A stretch of DNA of 64,000 nucleotides, from the NCBI RefSeq assembly GCF_001194135.2, contig NC_068987.1, positions 1,341,367 through 1,405,366 on the forward strand. Direction: 5' to 3'. The number at the start of each line of letters is the position of its first letter. The first letter of the stretch is position 1. This document shows, in pieces, positions 12,394 through 25,135 of the stretch. The translations under genes were made by a program, and so were the position numbers. A model generated the notes under the pieces. That model ran no database searches and had not been told where the DNA came from. It saw only the letters and a program-made list of their open reading frames with translations. Source of the stretch: Octopus bimaculoides (lineage: Eukaryota).

Positions 12394-13183
12394 NNNNNNN
12401 NNNNNNNNNNNNNNNNNNNNNNNNNNNNNNNNNNNNNNNNNNNNNNNNNNNNNNNNNNNNNNNNNNNNNNNNNNNNNNNNNNNNNNNNNNNNNNNNNNNN
12501 NNNNNNNNNNNNNNNNNNNNNNNNNNNNNNNNNNNNNNNNNNNNNNNNNNNNNNNNNNNNNNNNNNNNNNNNNNNNNNNNNNNNNNNNNNNNNNNNNNNN
12601 NNNNNNNNNNNNNNNNNNNNNNNNNNNNNNNNNNNNNNNNNNNNNNNNNNNNNNNNNNNNNNNNNNNNNNNNNNNNNNNNNNNNNNNNNNNNNNNNNNNN
12701 NNNNNNNNNNNNNNNNNNNNNNNNNNNNNNNNNNNNNNNNNNNNNNNNNNNNNNNNNNNNNNNNNNNNNNNNNNNNNNNNNNNNNNNNNNNNNNNNNNNN
12801 NNNNNNNNNNNNNNNNNNNNNNNNNNNNNNNNNNNNNNNNNNNNNNNNNNNNNNNNNNNNNNNNNNNNNNNNNNNNNNNNNNNNNNNNNNNNNNNNNNNN
12901 NNNNNNNNNNNNNNNNNNNNNNNNNNNNNNNNNNNNNNNNNNNNNNNNNNNNNNNNNNNNNNNNNNNNNNNNNNNNNNNNNNNNNNNNNNNNNNNNNNNN
13001 NNNNNNNNNNNNNNNNNNNNNNNNNNNNNNNNNNNNNNNNNNNNNNNNNNNNNNNNNNNNNNNNNNNNNNNNNNNNNNNNNNNNNNNNNNNNNNNNNNNN
13101 NNNNNNNNNNNNNNNNNNNNNNNNNNNNNNNNNNNNNNNATATATATATATATATATATATACTGTTCTATTGGTTTCCGCAG

Positions 13184-13286
13184 GAGGCAGAGACCCCCTT
13201 GTGCCAGCACCATTAACTGTGTAAAGCCAGAGATGAAGTCAAAAGCAATTCAAAATGAAGCTGAAGTATTACTCAATACGCTTTAG
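13184..13286 (+). other. Candidate exon (unidentified) in a CpG-rich unique block at ~13160-14900
   Basis: Good acceptor ctattggtttccgcag|G, frame RQRPPCASTINCVKPEMKSKAIQNEAEVLLNTL*, followed by T-rich UTR-like sequence. The minus-strand reading MVLAQGGLCLLRKPIE is an alternative, so the strand is unresolved. Confidence 0.2.
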
Positions 13287-14780
13287 AAGAAGCCATGTGT
13301 ATTAAAAATATTACAAGCAGATGCTTTGAAAGTGACTTCCAAGTGTCGGCTTCCTTGCGTTCTCCTGATGAATGCGAGCAAGACGAAACGTCGAAGTCAC
13401 AGTCAATCTGTTTTCGCAATATATATATACTTACATATAACACACACACACACAGACACACACACACACACATATAAAACATTAGGGTTATGGTTTGAGG
13501 GACGTTTAGTTGCTTGTTCTGTGAGGCGTAGAAACGACGAACATCTCGCCGACGTTGGTTCGAGCGCCTTTGATCGATTGTTGTAACTGATAGATTAGCA
13601 TTGTATTGTTATTGTTGCTAGTAATCCTTCTTGATCACATCGATACCAACATAAGTCATTTGTGAGCCGATATTTGCAACACACTCACTCACAACTCTCC
13701 ACGTTATTACCATCTCCTAATGGCGGCTGTCTTTTTCCAACTTCCTTTTAGCGGATGTAATCAGTTATTGTAAAGAAAGAAGTTGAATACTTTTCAATTA
13801 GTTTAGAGGAAGTTGTATTATGTAGTGGGCAAATGGTGCTTGGCTTTATTATTGTGTTTTTTTTCAACTGAAAACTTTTTAAATTATCTTCTGGTCTAAA
13901 GAATATTTTCAATTTTTTGTTTTTGCTTGTGTTTTGTTTTCCTTTTTGGTTCTACTTCGTTATATTACAAATTCTTTAGCTGTTTTCTTTTTTCTTAAAC
14001 CATTAACAATATTTCATTTAATAATAGTTTTACCGAATATTGGAAAGTCTCTTTAGTATCAAAGGTGACAACTAACGCCAGAATCTTCCGACGAAACGCA
14101 AAATTCAGTAAGAGGCCATTTTCTGTTTATCTTGAAGACTTTTCACCTTGTTCAAATATTTAATCAAGAAATTGTCGATTTTTTGCCAAGTTGAAAGAAA
14201 ACCCAGAAACACCAGCAACATTTTGAAATAAAAAAAATACACGAAAACCAAAAAAAAATAAAAAAAATTATATTTTGTTTCCTTCACATAATAATATAAT
14301 ACATTTTTTTTCCTGAATTTATAAGAAACGAAATCAATAATGCTATTATTTGATGTAAATTTTAAAACTACATTTATCAAAATTGTGAACAGTTCATCAT
14401 AACTGTTTAAAACAAAATCTATTTTAAATTTTGTCACATTGTTTCTATATTAATAATAATAATGATAGTAGTAGTGGTTGTAGTAGTCGTGGTGGTGGTG
14501 GTTGTAGCGAGACAGTTGTTTTTGCCTTTGTGACTTTTGTTTATGCAGTAATTATTCATTCCGAACATGTCTCAATTAATAACACAAAATCGGAACAAAT
14601 TTCACGTAAAAACAAAAAAACAAACAAAATGATTTATCCTGATTATATTTCTAACAAAGACGTCCTCAAGTCATAGCAATTTATACTCAAAGTGAATTAT
14701 AATGTTATTTTGCCGATAAACTTTGATGCTCTCTCTCTCTCTCTCCTTCTCTCTCTCTCTCTCTCTCTCTNNNNNNNNNN

Positions 14781-14821
<41 letters not shown>

Positions 14822-15252
14822 AGTTTCTCCAAAGAAGATTTCATGGAGCGAATCGAAGTGTAATAAATGCGATACGTTTCTCTTACTTCTAGCAGTCTTT
14901 AACGTTCTGTCCTTTTCGTTTGTACTTCTTTACTTAAAATCTAGCAGCGATCATCGTTGGGAGATTTTGTAATTAGGTAAACGTTTAGAACAAACAGTTT
15001 AGGCATGTGCACATTAGGCTATTTGGTCACAAAGTTCCACTCATTCTCATACTTAGACCTCAAGTTCCACTCATAGCCATACTTGACTTTTAAGATTCAT
15101 TCATGGGACAATTATTGACGAAAACACGTCTAAATTCATTTATAATGGTATACACAACATACAGATATACATATATACTAAAGAAATACACCAGTCCATC
15201 AATAGATGCTTTCATTCATATACATACATGCATGCATATATATATATATATA

Positions 15253-15284
<32 letters not shown>

Positions 15285-15437
15285 CACATGCATACAAACA
15301 TAGATGTACACACACATAACTATATTTATCAACGTGGCCACAAGTATTGAGATCTATGTCAAATGATATTTGCTCTAATATCACACATGTATATGAGTAT
15401 GTGTGATCGTGAGTCACTTTATAACATACTAAAAATC

Positions 15438-15536
<99 letters not shown>

Positions 15537-15710
15537 TATAAGCTCGTATATGTTTATGCATATAGATAGTCTTATGAATTTTGCAAATCTCTAGGAAGAT
15601 TCTTGTTAAACTTTACGTCACAATAAATTCTCTTAATGAAACATTTGTAGATATACCATAAAATCCATTCGTCCGCTTACAATACATACATACATATATA
15701 CATACATACA

Positions 15711-15748
<38 letters not shown>

Positions 15749-15766
15749 CATACATACACACACATT

Positions 15767-15804
<38 letters not shown>

Positions 15805-17789
15805 CATACACACACATTTATATACATACGCACATATATATATATAAATATAAAGGTGTGTATGATATAAATCCCACTTGCATACAAACACATTCATTAT
15901 CTCTCTCTGTTTGTCCCCCTTTAATATGATTTTACATCAGATCTCATCTATTTTTAACAATATACCGCATGAGATACATTGTACTTTTTGTCTACCAACA
16001 CTTATTCAAATGATTCTTTCCTATATACAAAACGCACACACAAACACACTTATTGTCAAATACACAGATGCACACATGGATATGTACTATACACAAATAT
16101 ATCTCATTCTTTATCTTTATATCTTTTTGGTCTATATATAATCACATATTCACAAACATACACACACATAGATTGATAGATAGATTGATAGATAGATAGA
16201 TTGATAGATACNNNNNNNNNNNNNNNNNNNNNNNNNNNNNNNNNNNNNNNNNNNNNNNNNNNNNNNNNNNNNNNNNNNNNNNNNNNNNNNNNNNNNNNNN
16301 NNNNNNNNNNNNNNNNNNNNNNNNNNNNNNNNNNNNNNNNNNNNNNNNNNNNNNNNNNNNNNNNNNNNNNNNNNNNNNNNNNNNNNNNNNNNNNNNNNNN
16401 NNNNNNNNNNNNNNNNNNNNNNNNNNNNNNNNNNNNNNNNNNNNNNNNNNNNNNNNNNNNNNNNNNNNNNNNNNNNNNNNNNNNNNNNNNNNNNNNNNNN
16501 NNNNNNNNNNNNNNNNNNNNNNNNNNNNNNNNNNNNNNNNNNNNNNNNNNNNNNNNNNNNNNNNNNNNNNNNNNNNNNNNNNNNNNNNNNNNNNNNNNNN
16601 NNNNNNNNNNNNNNNNNNNNNNNNNNNNNNNNNNNNNNNNNNNNNNNNNNNNNNNNNNNNNNNNNNNNNNNNNNNNNNNNNNNNNNNNNNNNNNNNNNNN
16701 NNNNNNNNNNNNNNNNNNNNNNNNNNNNNNNNNNNNNNNNNNNNNNNNNNNNNNNNNNNNNNNNNNNNNNNNNNNNNNNNNNNNNNNNNNNNNNNNNNNN
16801 TCACAAACATACACACACATAGATTGATAGATAGATTGATAGATAGATAGATTGATAGATACACAAACATAAACTGTTATAATATATAGGTACACATGTA
16901 TATATTTCTTTGTCTATGAATAGAAATACATTAAAAACTTTATATTTGTAGACGAGCACATACACAAGTGTATGCATCTATGTGTGTGTGTGTCTGTTCA
17001 TATACCTACGTATTCGTACAGATATAAAATATACATATTGTGTTCAGGTGTGAAAATGCGTGTGCAAGTACCTGTATGTGTGTGTTTTCTTCTGCTCTTT
17101 TTTCCCCCTCTCTGTCTCTTACCCCTGCGCTGTTCCTTCAGTTGTGTATAGAAATGTTTCTCTTATCCCCTGCTGAACTCGATGTTAGCAGTTTGACGTT
17201 GATGCCTTTAACAACGCCGCATACACTTTCTGAGATGTACCTTGTCGACCCCCGCTACAAATTCTTCGTTTAATTATTCATCTCGAATGCCATTTAGAAT
17301 ATAAAAGGAATTTCCATTTTCTATTTTTTCCTCTCATTCTTTCGCTTCTATTTTGTAAAATGTTCTCCTCATGAAATGATTATTATAGATTGAACGTAAT
17401 ATATTACATGGTGTGATATCATAAATCGAACGGAACATTTAATCAAAGCATATCACTAGAGAAAGAAAACACTTAGATAGACTTGAATAACGACAGGAAA
17501 GATTATGGTTATGGCAGAACGGAATTATCAAGAAACTCCTTTTATATATAGGCATATGCAAAACTCTGTTTTATTACCGGATAACAGTGGTGGTGCGGGT
17601 AGTTGAGGTTGTGTAATGGGATTTAAAAAATTGAAATAAACTGTTGTATGTGTTTGAAAATATTTAGGGAGGTTATGGAGAGGAGTTCAAGTTAAGTGTT
17701 AAACGGAGGAATTTTTAGAATGAATCAATTTGTCAATAGATTTATGAATATTTTCAGTCAATAGATTTAGGCTGAATGTTCGTTACAGC

Positions 17790-18320
17790 ATATGACACGT
17801 CGCATTATATATGATGCGCCACAATATATATGACCTGACATAAAATGTATAGTGTATCACATGATGATTCACAATAAATGGAGCGTAATATCACAATATA
17901 TGATGTAAGGCAGCATATTATACAACAGAGTATATACGTCAGAATATGTGATACACCACTAGACGTAACCCGGCATAATATGTAAGATTCATGATATTAT
18001 ATAATCAATCGCTATATTTAGGACACATTACTACATATGACATATCATAATAAATTCTATATCACAATATATGATGCATCACAGATTGTGACACGTCACG
18101 ATCTACTATTCATCAGCATATCTGGCATGTTACGATATATGACTTGTTATAAATCACATCACAAAATATAATCTATCAATATATAACAAAAATATATAAG
18201 AAATATATAAGAAACATTACGTTATAAGATACCTCATATATTATATAATACGATATATTTATACAACACAATATATGACTCGGCACAATATATGTTATAC
18301 ATCACAAAATGTAATACTTC
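17790..18320. repeat. Decayed minisatellite (~17-nt unit, atcacaatatatgat-like)
   Basis: cacaatatatg recurs near 17820, 17892, 18061, 18267 and 18283, with diverged copies in between. Confidence 0.55.
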
Positions 18321-18354
18321 ATACAAGACGTCGGATTAAATGATTAGTTACATA

Positions 18355-18830
18355 AAGGCGGCGAGCTGGCAGAATCACTAAGCACGTCGGGCAAATCGCT
18401 CAGCGGCATTTCGTCTACCTTACCCTCTGAGTGCCGCCGGGATTGGTTTTCGCTCAGCGGCATTTCGTCTACCTTACCCTCTGAGTGCCGCCGGGATTGG
18501 TTTTCGCTCAGANNNNNNNNNNNNNNNNNNNNNNNNNNNNNNNNNNNNNNNNNNNNNNNNNNNNNNNNNNNNNNNNNNNNNNNNNNNATCGCTCAGCGGC
18601 ATTTCGTCTACCTTACCCTCTGAGTGCCGCCGGGATTGGTTTTCGCTCAGCGGCATTTCGTCTACCTTACCCTCTGAGTGCCGCCGGGATTGGTTTTCGC
18701 TCAGAGGCATTTCGTCTACCTTACCCTCTGAGTGCCGCCGGGATTGGTTTTGCATTTCATCCTTTCGTCGTCGTTAATATAATTACAATTTGAGCACTGG
18801 GGCGGGGGTCGATGTAATTAACTTACCCCT
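18355..18830 (+). mobile_element. SINE family A copy carrying an internal 54-bp tandem repeat
   Basis: Head ggcggcgagctggcagaatc; units cgctcagcggcatttcgtctaccttaccctctgagtgccgccgggattggtttt start at 18397, 18451, 18590, 18644 and 18698; the SINE then resumes with gcatttcatcctttcg..gcactggg..gggtcgatgtaat. Confidence 0.85.
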
Positions 18831-19224
18831 GCCATGAAACTGCTGGCCTTGTGTCACATTTCGATACCAAAAATCTGATTTAACGAAAGTCAGACTTTCC
18901 TGTGTAACTGAAATGTTCAAGTAACTGAGTGCAACAAACCGATGAAATTCCTCCCAGATTTTCCTTCGCATATTATCTGGAGTTCTGCCTACAAAGAAGT
19001 CTTTACTCCTAGTCAGAGCTTATTAGAAATAGCAGCTTTTTTCTCCTTCCTAAATAATACTTGACCTGTTTGTATGAAGTGGTATGGAGAAAATGAGCAC
19101 TTGTAAAAGAAACAGGAGACACTTATTAATATAAATGTCAAATAAATTGAATCTTGTGCTCCAGTCTGACCGTGGAACTATAACCGAAATCACTAAAATA
19201 CACAATAATAATAATAATGATATA

Positions 19225-19260
<36 letters not shown>

Positions 19261-19362
19261 CACGTTTATATACATGAATTATCTATGTATTCATATATAT
19301 ATATATAAAGTATATAAATTCCCATGTGTGTATAAATACATGTATATACATATACATACATA

Positions 19363-20133
19363 GTCTGATCAATAAGAATCCGGACTGTTGCCATAGTAAC
19401 GAAGCTAAAAATATACAGTGAAGCCGCTTGGTACTGATTGACCTTGAACTCTGCTGTGCATGCGCATTCAGTTTCAGTTTTCTGGCAGCAAATGTTGTCC
19501 AAAGCTTGGCCATACCTGGTCAGTGGCCTAAGCAATGTTTTCAGAAAGTTTTCATCGTTCTCGACACAAAGAAGGAGATCTTGTGCAACTGAAGCCCGAT
19601 CGCCTTTTTGGTCAGCTGAAAGCAATTTTGTATCAAACTCGGCAGACACGCATCTCTGTAATAATGGACTGAACTGAACCGTATATGATCTGCACCTCCT
19701 CTCATTTCCCACGGATGGTGGTTCGACGATCTTCCATAACGGCTGCACACGCATCTCCGATGTTCTTCTCAGTTCTGCTGGTTGCCTGTCTTCCACAACG
19801 TTCGCCAATATCGACATTTTTTCGACCATGTTTGAAACATCTGAACCACTCGTACATGTGTGCCGCTCATACACTCCCCTCCATACACTTTCTGCAAGTT
19901 TGTGTAGGCCCTTGCGCAGGTATCACCATCACAACTGTCTCTCTCATGGTCAATGCGACGATTACACGCTACACATCTTCCTTAGAAGCACTGCTATAAA
20001 CAGCGGAAGTGAGCTAAAGCTTAGTGCGCATGCACAGCAGAGGTCGGGGTCAATCTTTGCCAAACGGCTTCGCTCTGCATGCTTTTACTTCCGTTACTAT
20101 GGCACAGTCCGGATATTTATTGATCAGACCTCG
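19363..20133 (-). mobile_element. Mariner-derived non-autonomous element with long TIRs
   Basis: Inverted ends gtctgatcaataag.atccggactg.tgccatagtaac / gttactatggcacagtccggatatttattgatcagacctcg(TA), extending imperfectly for ~115 bp. Internal minus-strand translation CVSAEFDTKLLSADQKGDRASVAQDLLLCVENDENFLKT resembles mariner RVSAKFVP.LL..DQK..R......ND.NFL. Confidence 0.85.
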
Positions 20134-20547
20134 TACATGCATATAGAAAGTAGATATATGATTGCCTTATGTTCATAAATTAGAATATATATCATGTTGC
20201 GGCGGCGGCGGCGGCGGTGGTGGTGGTGGTGGAGGAGTATTATAAATGAGTGTTTGTGTGTAGAAGCTATAAGGATCTCTTTAGTAATTAATATTAAAAT
20301 GTGAAGTCGTTGAAAGCCTGACTTGAAAAGGGAAACTGGTTTTACCGCCCATTGAATGAAAGTTTAATATGTGTTCCACCTGCATTTACCATAATCTATA
20401 TATTATCGTTTTACATAATGTAAAATATGTCACTTCTGTATGACTTCCGCAAGAATCCACAAGATTGAAAAATTTGAAAAGCTTTTTGTGAGCAGTATAC
20501 GTATACATACAGCATATATATACGCAATTACGTGTGTATGAATGTAT

Positions 20548-20584
<37 letters not shown>

Positions 20585-20909
20585 CGTGAATAATTTCTAA
20601 AGTACAACATAGCCCTAAATTTAATCAATAAAGATTTCTCCACAACACCTCTCCATATCAACCCACCTTCAAACATAATTACCACTCCACTGAAAACTAT
20701 ATACACAGAAAAGATTTTAACCCAACAGAGACTATATAAAGTCAAGGTTAACTTCAATGATTCACACTCCGACTATGGCTTAACTAGCCGAAGCTTCGAA
20801 GTTACTGTCAACTATATTCTTGTTTTAGAATAATAAATTTGTACCCTACAAAAGTATAGAACAACCAATCAGATTACTGTAAAATTGTAATTTTTTTGTA
20901 ACTGAATAC

Positions 20910-20959
<50 letters not shown>

Positions 20960-21399
20960 TGTATATAAATATATACACGCAAACGTATCCACAAATATAT
21001 GCACACATCACATATGTATATGAATGTATTATTTTAAAGTAAATAAGAATCCTCAGCCTTATGTTTCGCTATATTCAAGATTTTAAACGAATAACTCTTT
21101 TCAACGCTCAGAATTTAAAGGTGGTAACGGTATGGGCTATTTGTCTTCTAGGTATTCATTGAAGAAATGGATATGTTTGATATTCAATTGAAAAGAAAAA
21201 AAAAAGGAATGGATTGTATCAACCTTAAAATAATTAAGGTTAAAAATGAAGGACGGCTCCGTAGGATAGTTTAGCGAATATTATTATTCGACAAACCTAA
21301 ATTGTTTTCGTTCTGATTTCTGTTTTGACTAATTTAGAATCTCTTCTCATTTTTTACTCCTCTCTCTTTATACTTCTCTTTGTACTGTGGATATATAAC

Positions 21400-22960
21400 C
21401 ATCTTAACTTTTCTCTAGCTGGTCCTGTAGTGGCTATCTTAATTGTATATGAGACTGAAGTCGTTTGAAATCGATGGCTCTGAGGCTGCTGTTTCTAGCA
21501 AATCTATCACCCACAGTGTGCCCCACAAGTAGTACCGACTGTTAGCACTGGCTGCCATTGTTACTGACCACAGTGTTTGTAGCAAGTAATGTTTACAATT
21601 TGATTCAGTGAGAAAGGAGGGAAAGAAGGCGCGGAGGTAGGAAGAGAACAAACGTTAATTAGATTGTATAGCAAACTCAAGAGATAGCTGGAAATTCAAT
21701 ATAATTCCAGATTTAAAGTCGGCTTCTCAGACTGATATTTACTATTCAATATCAAAAATTAGATATTTATTCTTCAACACAATATATGGATAATGCATGC
21801 ATGCATACATACATACATACATATATACATACATACATACATACATGTGTAAGTATGTGAAACAAGTTTTATTTTAGAGATATTGTGGCAAAAACACGAC
21901 AATGTTTGTGATTTATCTTTTAATACATTCTTATGAGTTCCAGACAATTACTATTTATTTATTCATCTTTTAATGTGAAGAGTAATTTGCTCATTCATCA
22001 TCAATACATCTTGACGTTTTCAGTCTTATCTTCAGTTTGCTGTTCTTTTGGTGCATATTGTGGCAGCTTTATTGGTAAGACTAACAAGGTTAGTGTTCAC
22101 CTTATTGCCAGAATAGGAATATTTGTCCGTCAGCACAGTACATCAATGCTCAAGCGGCACTTTTGATTTGCGATTAGTAAACTTTTTGTGCATCTTTATT
22201 TTTAGACTGAAATTATGAGTTTTGCAGCCATCATTAATCGCCTGTTTTCTGCGTAATTATGTATAGAATAGATACATAGATGTTTTTAGTTAATGGTATC
22301 CTATTTAGCATTCTTTCATGTCATGAAATATACACCACTTTGTTTTCTTCTTGCTCTAATTTCCTGTGGAGCCGGCAAAGTAAGGGACATATTTCTAAGG
22401 TCATTATGACTGTAAAAGTCGTGAACTTTACAACATTTACAGTTGCAATGAAATTTCTTAATCACAATGATCATCAATGGATGCTTGTGGACTTAAAAAG
22501 CTGCCTATTTACGTGGAGAGTGTGGAATTTTAAATCGGGAATGAAAACGCCACCGTGTTCACCGAGAACAAAGAAAATGTTCTAGAACAAGCACTGCAAT
22601 TAAATCTAATGACTCTTGTATAAAGCGATGAATCTTTAGATTTATAACTCTCAAGTGGCTATTTTAAACACCCAGGAGTATAGCTGAGTACATCGACACT
22701 AAAGAGAAGAGTTTTCGTTTACATTTCATATAATTATTCTCAAAGGCCAAATCTTCATTATTTTATGTCTTCCGTTCATTACAGTTTCGCTTTTACTTTG
22801 TTTTACGAGAACCATTTTGTTGGTGGTTGCTGCTTGAATGATGGCAAACTTACTACGTTTCTTAATAAAGCAGTTAAACGACTCACCATTGGCATATTTA
22901 TCTTGCCGCACTTTAATTAATAGTGATGAATAACACTGGTGATGATGACAGTACTTTTTT
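21400..22960 (-). mobile_element. Highly decayed Penelope-like element (RT + GIY-YIG remnant)
   Basis: Collinear minus-strand fragments in PLE order: ..SKFAIIQ..NKMV.. (IKDS..F...MVSFDV region); VYIS*HERML..P..IYVSI (ANIFM..E..YVDD region); KVNTNLVSLTNKAATICT..VLMMNE..IKR (K..LI..L..RA..ICS..L..NGYP); ..LQSHIQLR*PLQDQ (LESL.I....P.LN.Q). Many stops. Confidence 0.5.
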
Positions 22961-23177
22961 TTCATCCTACTTAATGTCTACCTTAAATCACACAATATTT
23001 TCTTTCTAATATCAACTAAAATTTTACATTAAAGTACAGACTTTGAGCACGGCTCGGAAATAGTTTTTTTGTTGTTTCAGGACGAATGAATATGAAAATG
23101 TCGTTCAGTAATGTTAAAAAGCCCCACATCAACGAACGCAAACAAAAAACGAGAAGAATATTTTATATATTAAGGAA

Positions 23178-23345
23178 GTGAGTTAAAAATTATAAGGGCT
23201 ATCAGAGCCGTAGCCTTTTAGAGATTTTTGGAACCACGTCTCTCATAGGTTCTGAGTTCAAATTTCGCTGAGGTAAACACTTTCTTTCAGGTTACCGGAA
23301 TCGTTACAATAAAGTGTCAATCAATTACTGGGATCAATGCAGTTG
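23178..23345 (+). mobile_element. SINE family A copy (very degenerate)
   Basis: ttctgagttcaaatttcgctgaggtaaac..ctttc, with downstream actgggatcaat matching family A order. Confidence 0.5.
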
Positions 23346-23683
23346 GTTAATTTTGGAATCGATTTGCCGTCTTCAGGCAAGAGTCTGCTGATGAGAATCA
23401 AATTCACAATGCTTAATGTTGCTTGCGTCGTAACTGCGAATGTGGATTTAGACCTCCACAAGTATAGGTATCCCTTTAAAGACCCGCGATTTCAGGTACT
23501 AGTAGCTTTGAAGGAGATTGTTTTAACTGAGAGTCGATGAAAGAAATGATGGACAAAGACTTTAAGAGCAGAAGATAATCAGTAATTCAACTTAAAATAT
23601 TTTTTCCAGAATATGTCGTTACCTACTTATCCCTCTTGTAACTAAGAAATATTATTCCTGTAACCAAACTCTTTTTATTTGAC

Positions 23684-23717
<34 letters not shown>

Positions 23718-25084
23718 TACGTATGTATGTATGTATGTATGTATGTATGTATGTATGTATGTATGCATGCCTGTATGTATATATCCAACTTCCCGTTTTA
23801 CATATTTCTCTTTCAGTTATTCCTTTGGTAGTCACAAGCCTATATTGTTAATTTTTATCAAAACCGGAACTTATAACCAAAACGATTGTAACTCTAATAT
23901 ACATTGTATCCTTCCGACACTCAATCGATCCATTCCCCTCATTGTTAATTATTATTGATTTGAGATTCTACAAAATTCTACAGCGAATCAGCAACGAAAT
24001 TCACTACTGAAGAATTTATCTTTTACAATTGTTTCCTTGAATTTTCTCTACAATTCTTCATTGAGAGTAAATTTCCCAGACTTCAACCAAATTTCTCCCT
24101 AACAACTCTTTGTTATTTCATCATTATCGTTTTCTTCTTCGACACTAAAATCTTAAAATGACTTCGATTACGTATTTTCATGTCTTGGAGTATATTTCAT
24201 CGTCGCCAAATCTATTACGGCTCAAATGAGGAATCATGTCGTTTCTTTTGCTCCATTTTAGCCAATATATGTTTAAGATCTTTCATTTCCTCTTATATAA
24301 TTAACTATACCTGTTCTCAAACTAACCGGACAGTATTATTATTCTCCCTAATAACGATGTTGTATGCATGATAAATCTACTTGATATACGAAATGAAAAT
24401 TTATGGTCATTCCGGTGTGTGAGTCTATTGGAATCATTACGCAATCGTTTTCAATCCTGTTTATCTATATACACTCCTCTATCCCTCTCTAATCAATTCT
24501 ATACGTGTGTATTTGATATTCACAGCAGCAACATTTTATGTTTGGCAATTCCTCCGCCGTCTACACCATTTTCTTTGCAACAAGTGGTCAATAAATTCAG
24601 TTTCACAAACCAAATGTAGAATTGGTAGCTACACAATTCCTATAGAAATGGGTACACTTAAAACCTAGACTACGGAAATTTTTAGACAATTGAAACATTA
24701 AGGAATTTTAGGGAATCAACTTCTGAAATAACATTTTCTACTAATATTAGGCACTTAAAAACAAAATAGGTCTCTGTTGATCTCAAACGTTAACAACTTT
24801 CATGAATTCCTGCTATGGTCAAAGGTTAAAGGTGAACACCATGGTCAAATTCTTTCGCTTATAGATCAAAATCATTTTATATTTATTCATTATTCTATTG
24901 AAATTCCAATTGATGATATTCTTGAAGTTGTTTCCATTGTTGTTTGATTAATACTAACGTAACATTTAATGCGTCATCCCTACCCAGAAATGAAATGAAA
25001 AAAGAGTCACGTGACTATAATTTTTCTTCGCCGTTATTATCATTATTATTATCATTCTCATCATTTTTGTTTTTGTTCGTGTTT

Positions 25085-25096
25085 TTATTATTGCTA

Positions 25097-25128
<32 letters not shown>

Positions 25129-25135
25129 GTTATTA
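25085..25135. repeat. (TTA)n tract = (TAA)n tail of the adjacent LINE
   Basis: Lies directly downstream (minus strand) of the LINE 3' UTR. Confidence 0.9.

Noticed and set aside
16141-16870. Direct repeat of ~60 bp on both sides of a gap
   Set aside because: Identical sequence flanking an N run is a typical unmerged contig overlap, not biology.
18397-18751. CRISPR-like array or repeat protein (ENQSRRHSEGKVDEMPLS)n
   Set aside because: The units are contiguous with no unique spacers and there are no cas genes. The unit is SINE-internal sequence, and the ORF exists only because 54 is a multiple of 3.
21933-22166. Plus-strand ORF with CGSFIGKT resembling a GIY-YIG motif
   Set aside because: The opposite strand fits the PLE RT C-terminal region and is collinear with neighbouring fragments, so the plus-strand resemblance is judged coincidental.
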